This document shows, piece after piece, positions 56,034 through 64,000 of a stretch of DNA of 64,000 nt. Made by a program: the position numbers and the translations under genes. The stretch is from NCBI GenBank assembly GCA_964479005.1, contig CAYZJA010000002.1, positions 64,001-128,000 on the forward strand, in the 5' to 3' direction. This DNA is from an uncultured Candidatus Saccharibacteria bacterium (GTDB lineage: Bacteria; Patescibacteriota; Minisyncoccia; UBA6257). The notes below the pieces were generated by a model, which saw nothing but the letters and a program-made list of their open reading frames with translations, made no database searches and had not been told where the DNA came from. Position 1 is the stretch's first letter. The number at the start of each line of letters is the position of its first letter.

Positions 56034-57842
56034 ATGAATAAATTAGCTAAGTCTTTTTTAATAGTGTTTCTCCTTTTTTTGGCTCTTTCTTTGATTTTTT
56101 CTGCTATAGGGGACACGTCTTTAGAAACAAAAAAAGTAAGTTTTTCTGAAGCGATTGAATCTTTAAGAGAACAAGAAATAACAAAAGTCGTAATTCACCC
56201 TAGCCGCATTAATATTTTTCTTGAGGATGATACTGTTTTAGTTACAGAAAGGGAAATAAATGTTTCTTTTCCAGAAACTCTTCAAAGCTTTGGCTTTTCT
56301 CCAGAAGAAATATCTTCTTTAAATATAGAGATTGAGGGTGATGGCGCGTCAGCTATCTTCTTTACTATAATATTACCGATACTTATCCCGATTCTTTTAA
56401 TAGGGTTTTTGTTGTTTTATACTCTTCGTCGTGCTAATCAGGGAGCAATGCAGATTTTTTCTTTTTCTCGTTCTAATATTAAATTATTTTCTCCTTCTAA
56501 AGACAGAATTACTTTTAAAGATGTGGCTGGTCTGAAAGAGCCTAAAGAAGAATTAAAAGAAGTTGTTGAGTTTTTAAAAACCCCAAAGAAATTTCATGAT
56601 TTAGGAGCTAAAATTCCTCGCGGAGTTCTTTTGATGGGGCCTCCTGGTTCAGGGAAAACATTATTAGCCCGAGCAGTAGCAGGAGAAGCAAAAGTGCCCT
56701 TTTTTCATATTTCTGGGTCAGAATTTGTAGAAATGTTTGTTGGAGTAGGAGCTAGTCGTGTGAGAGATACTTTTGCTACAGCTAAAAAAGCAGCTCCTTC
56801 AATTTTGTTTATTGATGAGATTGATGCTATTGGCAGGGTAAGAGGCGCTGGTATTGGTGGAGGTCATGATGAAAGAGAACAAACCCTGAATCAGATTTTA
56901 GTTGAAATGGATGGTTTTGACAGGGATACTAAGACTATAGTGATTGCCGCGACAAACAGGCCAGATGTTTTAGATCCAGCTTTATTGAGGCCAGGACGTT
57001 TTGATAGACGAGTAATTTTAGATTTGCCTAGTATTAATGATAGGGAAAAGATATTAGAAATTCATGTTCAAGGTAAAATCATAGCCCCATTAGTTAATTT
57101 AAGGGAGGTAGCAGAACGAACTCCGGGTTTTTCTGGCGCTGATTTAGCTAATTTAACAAATGAAGCCGCTATTTTGGCAGCCAGAAGAAATCAAAAAGAT
57201 ATTACCCAGAAGGAATTATTAGATTCTATAGAAAAGGTTATTTTAGGTCCAGAGAGAAAAAGTAGAGTTTTGACAAAGAAAGAAAAAGAAATTACTGCTT
57301 ATCATGAAGCTGGCCATGCTTTAATATCCGCTTTATTTCCTAATACAGCTCGCGTAAGAAAAATTTCTATTATAACGCGAGGAAGAGCAGCTGGTTATAC
57401 AATGCGAATGCCAACTGAAGAAAAATATATGAAAACCAGCTCGGAATTTCTAGATGATTTGTCTGTTCTTTTAGGAGGATATGTAGCTGAGGAGATTAAA
57501 TTTAAGGATATATCAACTGGCGCTGCCAATGATTTAAAAGAGGCGACAAATATAGCCAGAGCATTAGTAACAAAATATGGTATGAGTAAGAAAATCGGAC
57601 CAATTTCTTTTGGGAAAACAGAAGAACTAGTGTTTTTAGGCAAAGAAATTGCTACAGAAAGAGAATATTCTGAAGAAACAGCAGCTAAAATAGACAAAGA
57701 AGTAGTTGGTATTCTTAAAAAGTGCTATAATCGCACCAAGAAATTACTTAAGAAAAACAAAGACAAGCTAGAACGAATTACCAAAGAATTGATTAAAAAA
57801 GAAACTTTGGAAAAAGAAGAATTTGAAAAATTGGTAAAATAA
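56034..57842 (+). CDS. ftsH: ATP-dependent zinc metalloprotease FtsH
   Basis: Two N-terminal TMs, Walker A 'GPPGSGKT', SRH region, and zinc site 'HEAGHAL'. Confidence 0.9.
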   Translation: MNKLAKSFLIVFLLFLALSLIFSAIGDTSLETKKVSFSEAIESLREQEITKVVIHPSRINIFLEDDTVLVTEREINVSFPETLQSFGFSPEEISSLNIEIEGDGASAIFFTIILPILIPILLIGFLLFYTLRRANQGAMQIFSFSRSNIKLFSPSKDRITFKDVAGLKEPKEELKEVVEFLKTPKKFHDLGAKIPRGVLLMGPPGSGKTLLARAVAGEAKVPFFHISGSEFVEMFVGVGASRVRDTFATAKKAAPSILFIDEIDAIGRVRGAGIGGGHDEREQTLNQILVEMDGFDRDTKTIVIAATNRPDVLDPALLRPGRFDRRVILDLPSINDREKILEIHVQGKIIAPLVNLREVAERTPGFSGADLANLTNEAAILAARRNQKDITQKELLDSIEKVILGPERKSRVLTKKEKEITAYHEAGHALISALFPNTARVRKISIITRGRAAGYTMRMPTEEKYMKTSSEFLDDLSVLLGGYVAEEIKFKDISTGAANDLKEATNIARALVTKYGMSKKIGPISFGKTEELVFLGKEIATEREYSEETAAKIDKEVVGILKKCYNRTKKLLKKNKDKLERITKELIKKETLEKEEFEKLVK

Positions 57843-57856
57843 AAACTTTTAAAAAT

Positions 57857-57931
57857 GCGCACGTAGCTCAGTGGTAGAGCGCCGCCCTTATAAGACGGTG
57901 GTCGCAGGTTCGATCCCTGCCGTGCGCACCA
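57857..57931 (+). tRNA. tRNA with anticodon TAT (Ile2-type, UAU), CCA encoded
   Basis: Acceptor GCGCACG/CGTGCGC, stem CCGCC/GACGG (one C-A mismatch), loop CTTATAA, T-arm GCAGG-TTCGATC-CCTGC. Confidence 0.65.
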
Positions 57932-57933
57932 AG

Positions 57934-58007
57934 GGGTGATTAGCTCAGTGGTTTAGAGTGCTTCGTTGACATCGAAGAGGTCGCTGGTTCAATTCCAGCA
58001 TCACCCA
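57934..58007 (+). tRNA. tRNA-Val(GAC)
   Basis: Acceptor GGGTGAT/ATCACCC, stem CTTCG/CGAAG with loop TTGACAT, T-arm GCTGG-TTCAATT-CCAGC. Confidence 0.8.
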
Positions 58008-58012
58008 CAAAA

Positions 58013-58037
58013 TCGCCTAATATTTAGGCGTTTTTTA
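58013..58037 (+). terminator. rho-independent terminator after the tRNA pair
   Basis: 'cgcctaa-tat-ttaggcg' followed by T6. Confidence 0.6.
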
Positions 58038-58076
58038 TTTGTTAGTAATATCTGCTTTTGTTATAATTAAAATACC

Positions 58077-59267
58077 ATGAAGATTTTTTATGCTTTGGAG
58101 ATTTTTTTACCTCATATTTCTGGTGTAACAATTTCTACAGAGAGATTAGCTGATTATTTTAGCCAGAATAAAAAAAACAAGGTTTATATAATTACCGCTT
58201 CACCTGATGGGGATTTTCAAATTGATTCAGATTCCCATAATTATACTATTATACGAATTAAATCCCATGCAAATCCTATAAGAAAGAAACTGAAAGTCAG
58301 TTATTTAGCTTCATTGCATATTAGAAAAATATTAGATGAATTTAAGCCCGATATTATTCATATTCAGGATCCTTTTTTTATTTCCCAGTCTTTGGCCTTT
58401 GAAGCGAAAAAAAGGAAGATTCCTGTTATTGCCACACAGCATTCTTCTTTAAAATTTCCTTTGTCTTATTTAAAATTGCCTAAATTTTTACAAAAGACAA
58501 CAGAAAAAACAATGGCAAAAGTTTTAGCGGCTTTTATTAACAATTATTGTAAGATTTTAATTACGCCGAGTGAATTTATTAAGAAGCAAGTCATTAAATG
58601 GGAAATAAATATTCCAGTGGAAGTTGTTTCCAACGGAGTCAATCTTGGTACTTTTATTAAAAGTCGGATTTCCGAGGAATTTTTAAAAAAATATAAGATT
58701 GAAGATTTTATTTCCAAACCCATTGTTCTTTATAGCGGGCGCATTGATAAAGATAAAAATTTAGAGACTCTTATCAAAGCGATTCCATTGGTTTTAAAAG
58801 AAGTTGATGTTAATTTTCTTTTTTTAGGGGGCGGTGATTTGAAAGAAGAGCTGATTTGCCAGTTGGCGCATAAAGACTATTCTTTTAAAGAAAACGTGTG
58901 TTTTTTAGGACCTATTAAGCCTCAAGATTCAGATTTGACGAAATTTTATCGCTTAGCCACTCTTTTTGTAATGCCATCTCCAATTGAAGCTCAAAGTTTG
59001 GCGACAATGGAAGCAATGGCCTCTGGTCTGCCTGTTGTTGCTGCTAAAAAAGGCGCTTTGCCAGAATTAGTGAAAAATAGAGAAAATGGATTTTTAGTAG
59101 AAACGTTTAATCCAAAAGAATACGCTGAAGCGATTATAGAAATTATTAAAAACAAAAATTTAAGGAAAAAATTAGGAAAAAAGAGCTTAGAATTAGTTGT
59201 TTCCCATGATTTTGAAAAAACTTTTCAAAAAATAAAGAAAATTTATGCCAAAAATTATAAAAGTTAA
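58077..59267 (+). CDS. family 4 (GT-B) glycosyltransferase
   Basis: C-terminal 'EAQSLATMEAMASGLPVVA' (E-x7-E motif region), as in GT4 enzymes. Confidence 0.8.
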   Translation: MKIFYALEIFLPHISGVTISTERLADYFSQNKKNKVYIITASPDGDFQIDSDSHNYTIIRIKSHANPIRKKLKVSYLASLHIRKILDEFKPDIIHIQDPFFISQSLAFEAKKRKIPVIATQHSSLKFPLSYLKLPKFLQKTTEKTMAKVLAAFINNYCKILITPSEFIKKQVIKWEINIPVEVVSNGVNLGTFIKSRISEEFLKKYKIEDFISKPIVLYSGRIDKDKNLETLIKAIPLVLKEVDVNFLFLGGGDLKEELICQLAHKDYSFKENVCFLGPIKPQDSDLTKFYRLATLFVMPSPIEAQSLATMEAMASGLPVVAAKKGALPELVKNRENGFLVETFNPKEYAEAIIEIIKNKNLRKKLGKKSLELVVSHDFEKTFQKIKKIYAKNYKS

Positions 59268-60225
59268 AGAGCTTTCCAAGCCTATTCGTTTAGATAAATA
59301 TTTAAAGGAGAAAATAAAGGATATTTCTCGTGAAAAGATTATTCATTGTATTAAAAAAGGGAAAATAAAGATTGAAGGTAGAACTAAAACTAAGCCGAGT
59401 TTTATTTTAAAAGGGAAAGAAAAGATTTTATTAGAAATTTCTGATTTTCTAAGCTCAACTAAAAAGTTATCTTTAATAAAACCTCAGTCTGTTTTTCCTG
59501 AACCAAAAATTTTGTATGAGGATAAAGATTTATTAATTATTGATAAGCCCGCAGGAATAATAGTTCATCCGACTGTTAATAATATCAATAATCCGTCAAT
59601 TGCGAGTTGGTTTTTACAAAAAAATCCTTCTGTTTTTAATGTAGGCGAAAATTCATTAAGACCGGGTATTGTGCATCGTTTGGATAAAGAAACATCAGGC
59701 ACGCTTATTCTTGCTAAAAATAATTTTATATTTAATTATTTTAAAAATCTTTTCAAAACAAGAAAAATAAAAAAGAAATATATTGCATTAGTAAAAGGGG
59801 AGATTAAAAGGCAACAAGGAATAATAGATCTGCCCTTAATACGTTCCAAAAAATCACCAATAAAAAGGAAAGTTGTGGTTAAGAAAGATAAAGGGAAAAT
59901 GACTTTAACAAAATATAAGGTTCTAAAGCCATATAAAGGGTATACGCTTCTGGAGATTTTCCCTCAAACTGGTCGTACGCATCAAATAAGAGTGCACTTG
60001 GCAAGTATTGGTTTTCCTGTGGTTGGCGATAAGGTGTATGGCAAGCTGAAAAAATTAAATAAATTAAATTTATCCCGCCATTTTCTTCATGCCCAAACAG
60101 TTTCTTTTATTTTGCCTTCTGGAAAATTGATTAAAACAGAAGCACCTTTACCAGAGGATTTAAAGAAAATACTGCAGCAATTAGAACCTAAAATTGACGA
60201 AAGCCATTTATCTGTGTTAAGGTAA
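59245..60225 (+). CDS. RluA-family 23S rRNA pseudouridine synthase (RluD-like, with S4 domain)
   Basis: 'HRLDKETSGTLILAKN' catalytic Asp motif and an N-terminal S4-like region. Confidence 0.8.
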   Translation: MPKIIKVKELSKPIRLDKYLKEKIKDISREKIIHCIKKGKIKIEGRTKTKPSFILKGKEKILLEISDFLSSTKKLSLIKPQSVFPEPKILYEDKDLLIIDKPAGIIVHPTVNNINNPSIASWFLQKNPSVFNVGENSLRPGIVHRLDKETSGTLILAKNNFIFNYFKNLFKTRKIKKKYIALVKGEIKRQQGIIDLPLIRSKKSPIKRKVVVKKDKGKMTLTKYKVLKPYKGYTLLEIFPQTGRTHQIRVHLASIGFPVVGDKVYGKLKKLNKLNLSRHFLHAQTVSFILPSGKLIKTEAPLPEDLKKILQQLEPKIDESHLSVLR

Positions 60226-60250
60226 TAGCAATAGATTAAAATTATTAAAT

Positions 60251-60574
60251 ATGACTGAAATAAAAGCAGAAGAAATAAAACCTGGAATGTACATTAAGAT
60301 TTCTAAGAGCATTAAAGATGGGGATAAAGAAAAAACGCAGCATATAGAAGGGTTAGTAATAGCAAGAAAGCATGGCAAAGAACCAGGCGCCACTATTACT
60401 ATAAGAAGAATAATGGATGGAATAGGCGTGGAATGGATATTACCTGTTTTTTCTCCAAAAATAAAGAAGATTGAATTAGTTAGAGCTGCTCGAGTAAGGA
60501 GGGCAAAATTGTATTTTCTTAGAGATAAATCTCAGAAACAGATTCGCGCTAAATTGAAAAAAGAGGTCAAGTAA
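60251..60574 (+). CDS. rplS: 50S ribosomal protein L19
   Basis: 'PGMYIKI..IEGLVIARKHG..GATITIRRI' and 'RRAKLYFLRD'. Confidence 0.85.
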   Translation: MTEIKAEEIKPGMYIKISKSIKDGDKEKTQHIEGLVIARKHGKEPGATITIRRIMDGIGVEWILPVFSPKIKKIELVRAARVRRAKLYFLRDKSQKQIRAKLKKEVK

Positions 60575-60584
60575 TATTTTGTTT

Positions 60585-60667
60585 GCGCGGGTGGTGGAAT
60601 GGTAGACACGCATCTTCGAGGGGGATGTGTCCGCAAGGACGTGGAGGTTCGAGTCCTCTCCCGCGCA
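60585..60667 (+). tRNA. class II tRNA, most likely tRNA-Leu (anticodon GAG as parsed; CGA not excluded)
   Basis: Architecture parallels E. coli tRNA-Leu: GCGCGGG-TG-GTG-GAATGGTAGA-CAC, stem CATCT/GGATG, loop TCGAGGG, variable arm TGTCCGCAAGGACG, T-arm GGAGG-TTCGAGT-CCTCT. Confidence 0.6.
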
Positions 60668-60676
60668 CATAAAAAT

Positions 60677-61675
60677 ATGTTTTTTTCAGAATCTAATCAG
60701 ACTATTAAAGCGGTAAAAACAGCTACACCTTCAGTGGTAGCTGTTTTAATGTCTAAAGAATTGTCAAAAATTAAAAAAGATATAGGAGCAGATACAGCAA
60801 GATATTTAGTTGATGAAAAAGGTATGGTTAAAATTGGCGGATGTTCAGGTTTTTTTGTTTCCTCTAATGGCTATATTTTAACAAATCGTCATATAGTCGA
60901 AGATGAAGAAGCTTCTTATACTGTAGTTTGGCAAAACAAAATTTATTCATGCCAGATTTTGGTTAGAGATAAAATAACTGATATTGCTGTGTTGAAAATT
61001 GATGGCAATAATTTTCCTTATCTGAAATTTGCCAATTCTTCAGAATTAAAATTAGGGCAGACTGTTATGGCTATTGGCAATGCCTTAGGTGAATTTCAAA
61101 ATACTGTTTCCCGTGGGATTATTTCAGGGCTTTCACGAGACATAAAAACAGAAATTGGAGAAGATATTCAAGAATTTTTTGGTTTGATTCAAACAGACGC
61201 GGCCATTAATCCTGGAAATTCTGGCGGGCCTTTAATCAATCTTTCAGGAAAAGTTATAGGCATTTGCACAGCAGTGGTTTTAGGTGTGGAAAATATTGGT
61301 TTTGCTATTCCTGTTAATCAAGCTAAAAGTATTTTGGAGGATGTAAAAAAACATGGGAAGTTATGCCGTCCCAGTTTGGGGGTGAGATATTTTTTGATTG
61401 ATGAAGAGATGCAAAAACTTCATCATTTTTCTTTTGATTATGGCGCTTTTATTATTTATGAGACAATTCCCGGACGAGGTGGAATAGTTTCTGGAGGAGC
61501 AGCAGAAAAGACCGGGTTAAAAGAGGGTGATATTATATTGGAAATTAATAATGAAAAAATAACCAAACAATTTAATTTATCTCGAATTTTAGCGCAATAT
61601 AAAATTGGCGATGTAATTAGAATTATTTATTGGAGTAAACAAGAGAAAAAAGAAATTCAGGTTAAGTTACTCTAA
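60677..61675 (+). CDS. htrA: HtrA/DegP-family serine protease with PDZ domain
   Basis: 'GFFVSSNGYILTNRHIV' (His), 'TDAAINPGNSGGPLIN' (Ser) and a C-terminal PDZ. The supplied ORF start at 60599 overlaps the tRNA; the ATG at 60677 (MFFSESNQ) is preferred. Confidence 0.8.
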   Translation: MFFSESNQTIKAVKTATPSVVAVLMSKELSKIKKDIGADTARYLVDEKGMVKIGGCSGFFVSSNGYILTNRHIVEDEEASYTVVWQNKIYSCQILVRDKITDIAVLKIDGNNFPYLKFANSSELKLGQTVMAIGNALGEFQNTVSRGIISGLSRDIKTEIGEDIQEFFGLIQTDAAINPGNSGGPLINLSGKVIGICTAVVLGVENIGFAIPVNQAKSILEDVKKHGKLCRPSLGVRYFLIDEEMQKLHHFSFDYGAFIIYETIPGRGGIVSGGAAEKTGLKEGDIILEINNEKITKQFNLSRILAQYKIGDVIRIIYWSKQEKKEIQVKLL

Positions 61676-63821
61676 GATTAGTGGTTTTTTGAGTAAATTC
61701 TTGAAAATTGGCCAGCAATAAAGGCCATTTTTTTAATGTTGGATCTTGCTGGAGAATTTCTTGCGCTTGTTTATGAATTTTTTCTATTAATTCTTTATCA
61801 AGAAGCGAGCTCATAACTAAGTCAGGGATTCCAGATTGTTTAGTGCCTAAAAATTCCCCAGGTCCTCTTAAAGAAAGATCCATTTCTGCTAAGCGGAATC
61901 CATCATTACATTTAACCAATATTCTTAGACGACTGGTAATAGAATGATTAGGCGATTCAGAAAAGAGAAAACAATAAGATTGATAATGAGATCTGCCTAT
62001 TCTGCCTCTAAATTGATGCAATTGCGCTAAGCCAAAATGTTCTGCTCCCTCAATTATCATTAGGGATGCGTTTGGAATGTCAACGCCTACTTCTATTACG
62101 GAAGTAGATACCAAAAGGTTGATTTTGTTTTCTTGAAAATCTTTCATCACAATTTCTTTTTCTTTTGGCTTCATTTTTCCATGTAGCATAGCAACATTTA
62201 AATCAGGGAAGATTTTTTCTGATAATTTTTTGTATTCTTTTTTAACTGCTTTTACTTCATAATTTAGTCGTTCTGATAAAGTGATTAGGTCTTTTGCCCT
62301 AATATCAGATGTTTCTGTTTCTTCAATTCTTGGGCAAATAACAAAAGCTTGCCTGTCTTTATTAATTTCTTCACGAATAAAACCATAAACTTCTTCTCTG
62401 CCTTTTGGAGTAATAACTTTGGTAATTATTTCTTTTCTTCCTTTTGGCAGTTCATCTAACACAGAAAGGTCTAAATCTCCATAAAAAGCCAGAGCCAAAG
62501 TACGAGGAATAGGCGTGGCTGTCATTGATAAAAGATGCGGCATTTCATTTTTATTAGCGTTTTTAGCAATAAGTTTTTTTCTTTGCTCTATGCCAAAGCG
62601 ATGCTGTTCATCAACAATAATTAATCCTAAGCGGCTAAAACGGACATTCTTTTGAATAAGAGCATGAGTTCCGATTACAAGGATGGGATTTGAGGAAGCA
62701 ATGATTTTATTTAATGATTGTTTAGAAATTTTATCTTCTAATCCATCGTCATAAATTTTTGTTGTTGAAGATGTTAGGAGGGCGATTTTTACTTGAAATG
62801 GTTTAAGAATCTTTTTAAATTCATTAAAATGTTGTTTAGCCAATATTTCTGTTGGGGCCATTACAGCCACTTGATATCCTGATTTTATTATTAATAAACT
62901 TGCGGCAACAGCGACTATAGTTTTTCCAGAGCCTACTTCTCCTTCTAAAAGCCGATTCATGGGTCTTTGATGAAGATTTTTAGCGATTTCCCATATTGTT
63001 TTCCTTTGACATTCAGTGAAAGGAAATGATAGAGAACCTGTAAATGATTGAAGAAGAGGAATATTAAGGTTAATTTTTGGGGTTTTTAAAAGGGCGTTTT
63101 TTCTTTTTATTTTTAAAAGATAAAGTTGGGAAAGTAATAATGATTCAAAAACAAATCTTCTCTTTGCCTTTTTTGCCAAAAGTAAAGATGACGGAAAATG
63201 AACTTGATTAAGTGATTCTTGGAGCCCAATTAGCCGATGTTTTTTAAGTATAAAATTAGGAAGCGTATCTTCTATATTTTGGGTCAATTCCAGAAGTGGT
63301 TTAATAAAATAACGCAGCGCTTTAGAGCTTAGGCCTTTTGTTTCTGAATATATAGGGATTAAGCGGCCAGTGTGTTTAAGCTCTTGATAAAATTCTTTTT
63401 CCAGTTTTTGCTTTGAGATGATTTCATAAGATGGACTGGAAAGGATTAACTTTTTTCCTTTTCCTTTTACTTTTCCTGACAGAGAAAGAGTTGCGCCTAA
63501 AGGTATATTTTTTAATAAATAAATTTGATTAAACCAAATTGCAGTAATCTGGCCTGTGTCATCTTCAATTACAGCCTCAATAATAATCATTTTTTTTCTG
63601 AATGTCCGTCTGGCATTAATTTTTTTAACAGTTCCTATTATTGAGCACTTTTCTTCTGGTTTTATTTCATTTATTTTTTTAATTTTGGAAAAATCTTCGT
63701 AACGAAAAGGAAAATACCAAAGTAAATCTTTTATTGTTTTTATTCCTAATTTTTCCAAGTATTTTAAATAACGCGGACCAATACCGCGTAGTTCTGATAC
63801 AGGGTTAGAGAGTTTAATCAT
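61662..63821 (-). CDS. recG: ATP-dependent DNA helicase RecG
   Basis: 'NPVSELRGIGPRYLKYLEKLGIKTIKDLLWYFPFRYED' wedge region, Walker A 'GEVGSGKT' and DEQH box 'LIIVDEQHRFG'. The supplied start at 63896 overlaps tRNA-Arg; the internal Met at 63821 (MIKLSNPV) is preferred. Confidence 0.85.
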   Translation of the reverse strand: MIKLSNPVSELRGIGPRYLKYLEKLGIKTIKDLLWYFPFRYEDFSKIKKINEIKPEEKCSIIGTVKKINARRTFRKKMIIIEAVIEDDTGQITAIWFNQIYLLKNIPLGATLSLSGKVKGKGKKLILSSPSYEIISKQKLEKEFYQELKHTGRLIPIYSETKGLSSKALRYFIKPLLELTQNIEDTLPNFILKKHRLIGLQESLNQVHFPSSLLLAKKAKRRFVFESLLLSQLYLLKIKRKNALLKTPKINLNIPLLQSFTGSLSFPFTECQRKTIWEIAKNLHQRPMNRLLEGEVGSGKTIVAVAASLLIIKSGYQVAVMAPTEILAKQHFNEFKKILKPFQVKIALLTSSTTKIYDDGLEDKISKQSLNKIIASSNPILVIGTHALIQKNVRFSRLGLIIVDEQHRFGIEQRKKLIAKNANKNEMPHLLSMTATPIPRTLALAFYGDLDLSVLDELPKGRKEIITKVITPKGREEVYGFIREEINKDRQAFVICPRIEETETSDIRAKDLITLSERLNYEVKAVKKEYKKLSEKIFPDLNVAMLHGKMKPKEKEIVMKDFQENKINLLVSTSVIEVGVDIPNASLMIIEGAEHFGLAQLHQFRGRIGRSHYQSYCFLFSESPNHSITSRLRILVKCNDGFRLAEMDLSLRGPGEFLGTKQSGIPDLVMSSLLDKELIEKIHKQAQEILQQDPTLKKWPLLLANFQEFTQKTTNLRVT

Positions 63822-63834
63822 AGTGTTATGTAAG

Positions 63835-63911
63835 TGGTCCCCTCGGCAGGACTCGAACCTGTAATCTCCAACTCCGCAAGTTGATGCTTTGTCCAATTAA
63901 GCTACGAGGGG
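63835..63911 (-). tRNA. tRNA-Arg (anticodon GCG as parsed), CCA encoded
   Basis: Acceptor CCCCTCG/CGAGGGG, stem TCAAC/GTTGG with loop TTGCGGA, T-arm GCAGG-TTCGAGT-CCTGC; body nearly identical to tRNA-Arg(TCT) at 22318. Confidence 0.7.
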
Positions 63912-64000
63912 AAGCATGTTTTAAAAATATCACGAAAGAGTCATATTTTCAAGGAATTTTCTAATATTTTTCTTTTGTGATATGATAAATCCAAATGGAA

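Noticed and set aside
60476-60670. Minus-strand 64-aa ORF and the 5' extension of the htrA ORF (60599-60676)
   Set aside because: Both overlap the class II tRNA at 60585-60667; the htrA start was moved to the ATG at 60677.

Overview
AT-rich (roughly 30-35% GC), densely packed bacterial window with very short intergenic regions. It uses the standard code: TGA is a stop, e.g. at the end of tsaD. The gene content and style suggest a streamlined Patescibacteria/CPR-like genome. Housekeeping genes present: ksgA, comM, clpP, tig, nusA, yraN, tsaD, valS, gyrA, trpS, argS, uppP, cca, infB, rpsO, pnp, ftsH, rplS, htrA, recG. There are about 20 tRNA genes; most do not encode the 3' CCA. Unusual content, in order of apparent interest: (i) a Gram-positive/CPR-style type IV secretion (conjugation/competence-like) cluster at 1-7820, with a VirB4 ATPase and VirB6-, VirB3- and VirB2-like proteins. 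Three further paralogues of the VirB2/TrbC-like pilin module sit at 33971-36412, each fused to a different C-terminal domain (Zn-peptidase M15, a ~300-aa Cys-rich domain, an acidic tail). (ii) A tRNA island at 21.2-23.7 kb. It contains a split or intron-bearing tRNA whose two halves flank a complete nested tRNA-Ala and are joined by a GC-rich 10-12-bp helix. It also has 43-nt direct repeats, a tRNA-His-like cloverleaf embedded in-frame in a zinc-ribbon/HTH/DUF559-like endonuclease ORF, and a small ORF preceded by a palindromic operator. (iii) A repeated ~57-nt element immediately upstream of argS, present as a tandem pair between the pilin genes, with its core also at the valS start. (iv) Recurrent GGGG-extended -35 promoters, including two with TTGACA-N16-TATAAT, one of which directly precedes a ~60-nt hairpin plus T8 (sRNA or attenuator candidate). 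(v) A cell-surface island with a sortase, a CAP-domain protein, a lipoprotein and a 708-aa Thr/Cys-rich repeat protein. (vi) An rpsO-NYN-pnp arrangement. No CRISPR array, rRNA or clear transposase was found. All product calls rest on motifs recognised by eye in the supplied translations; nothing was searched against a database.
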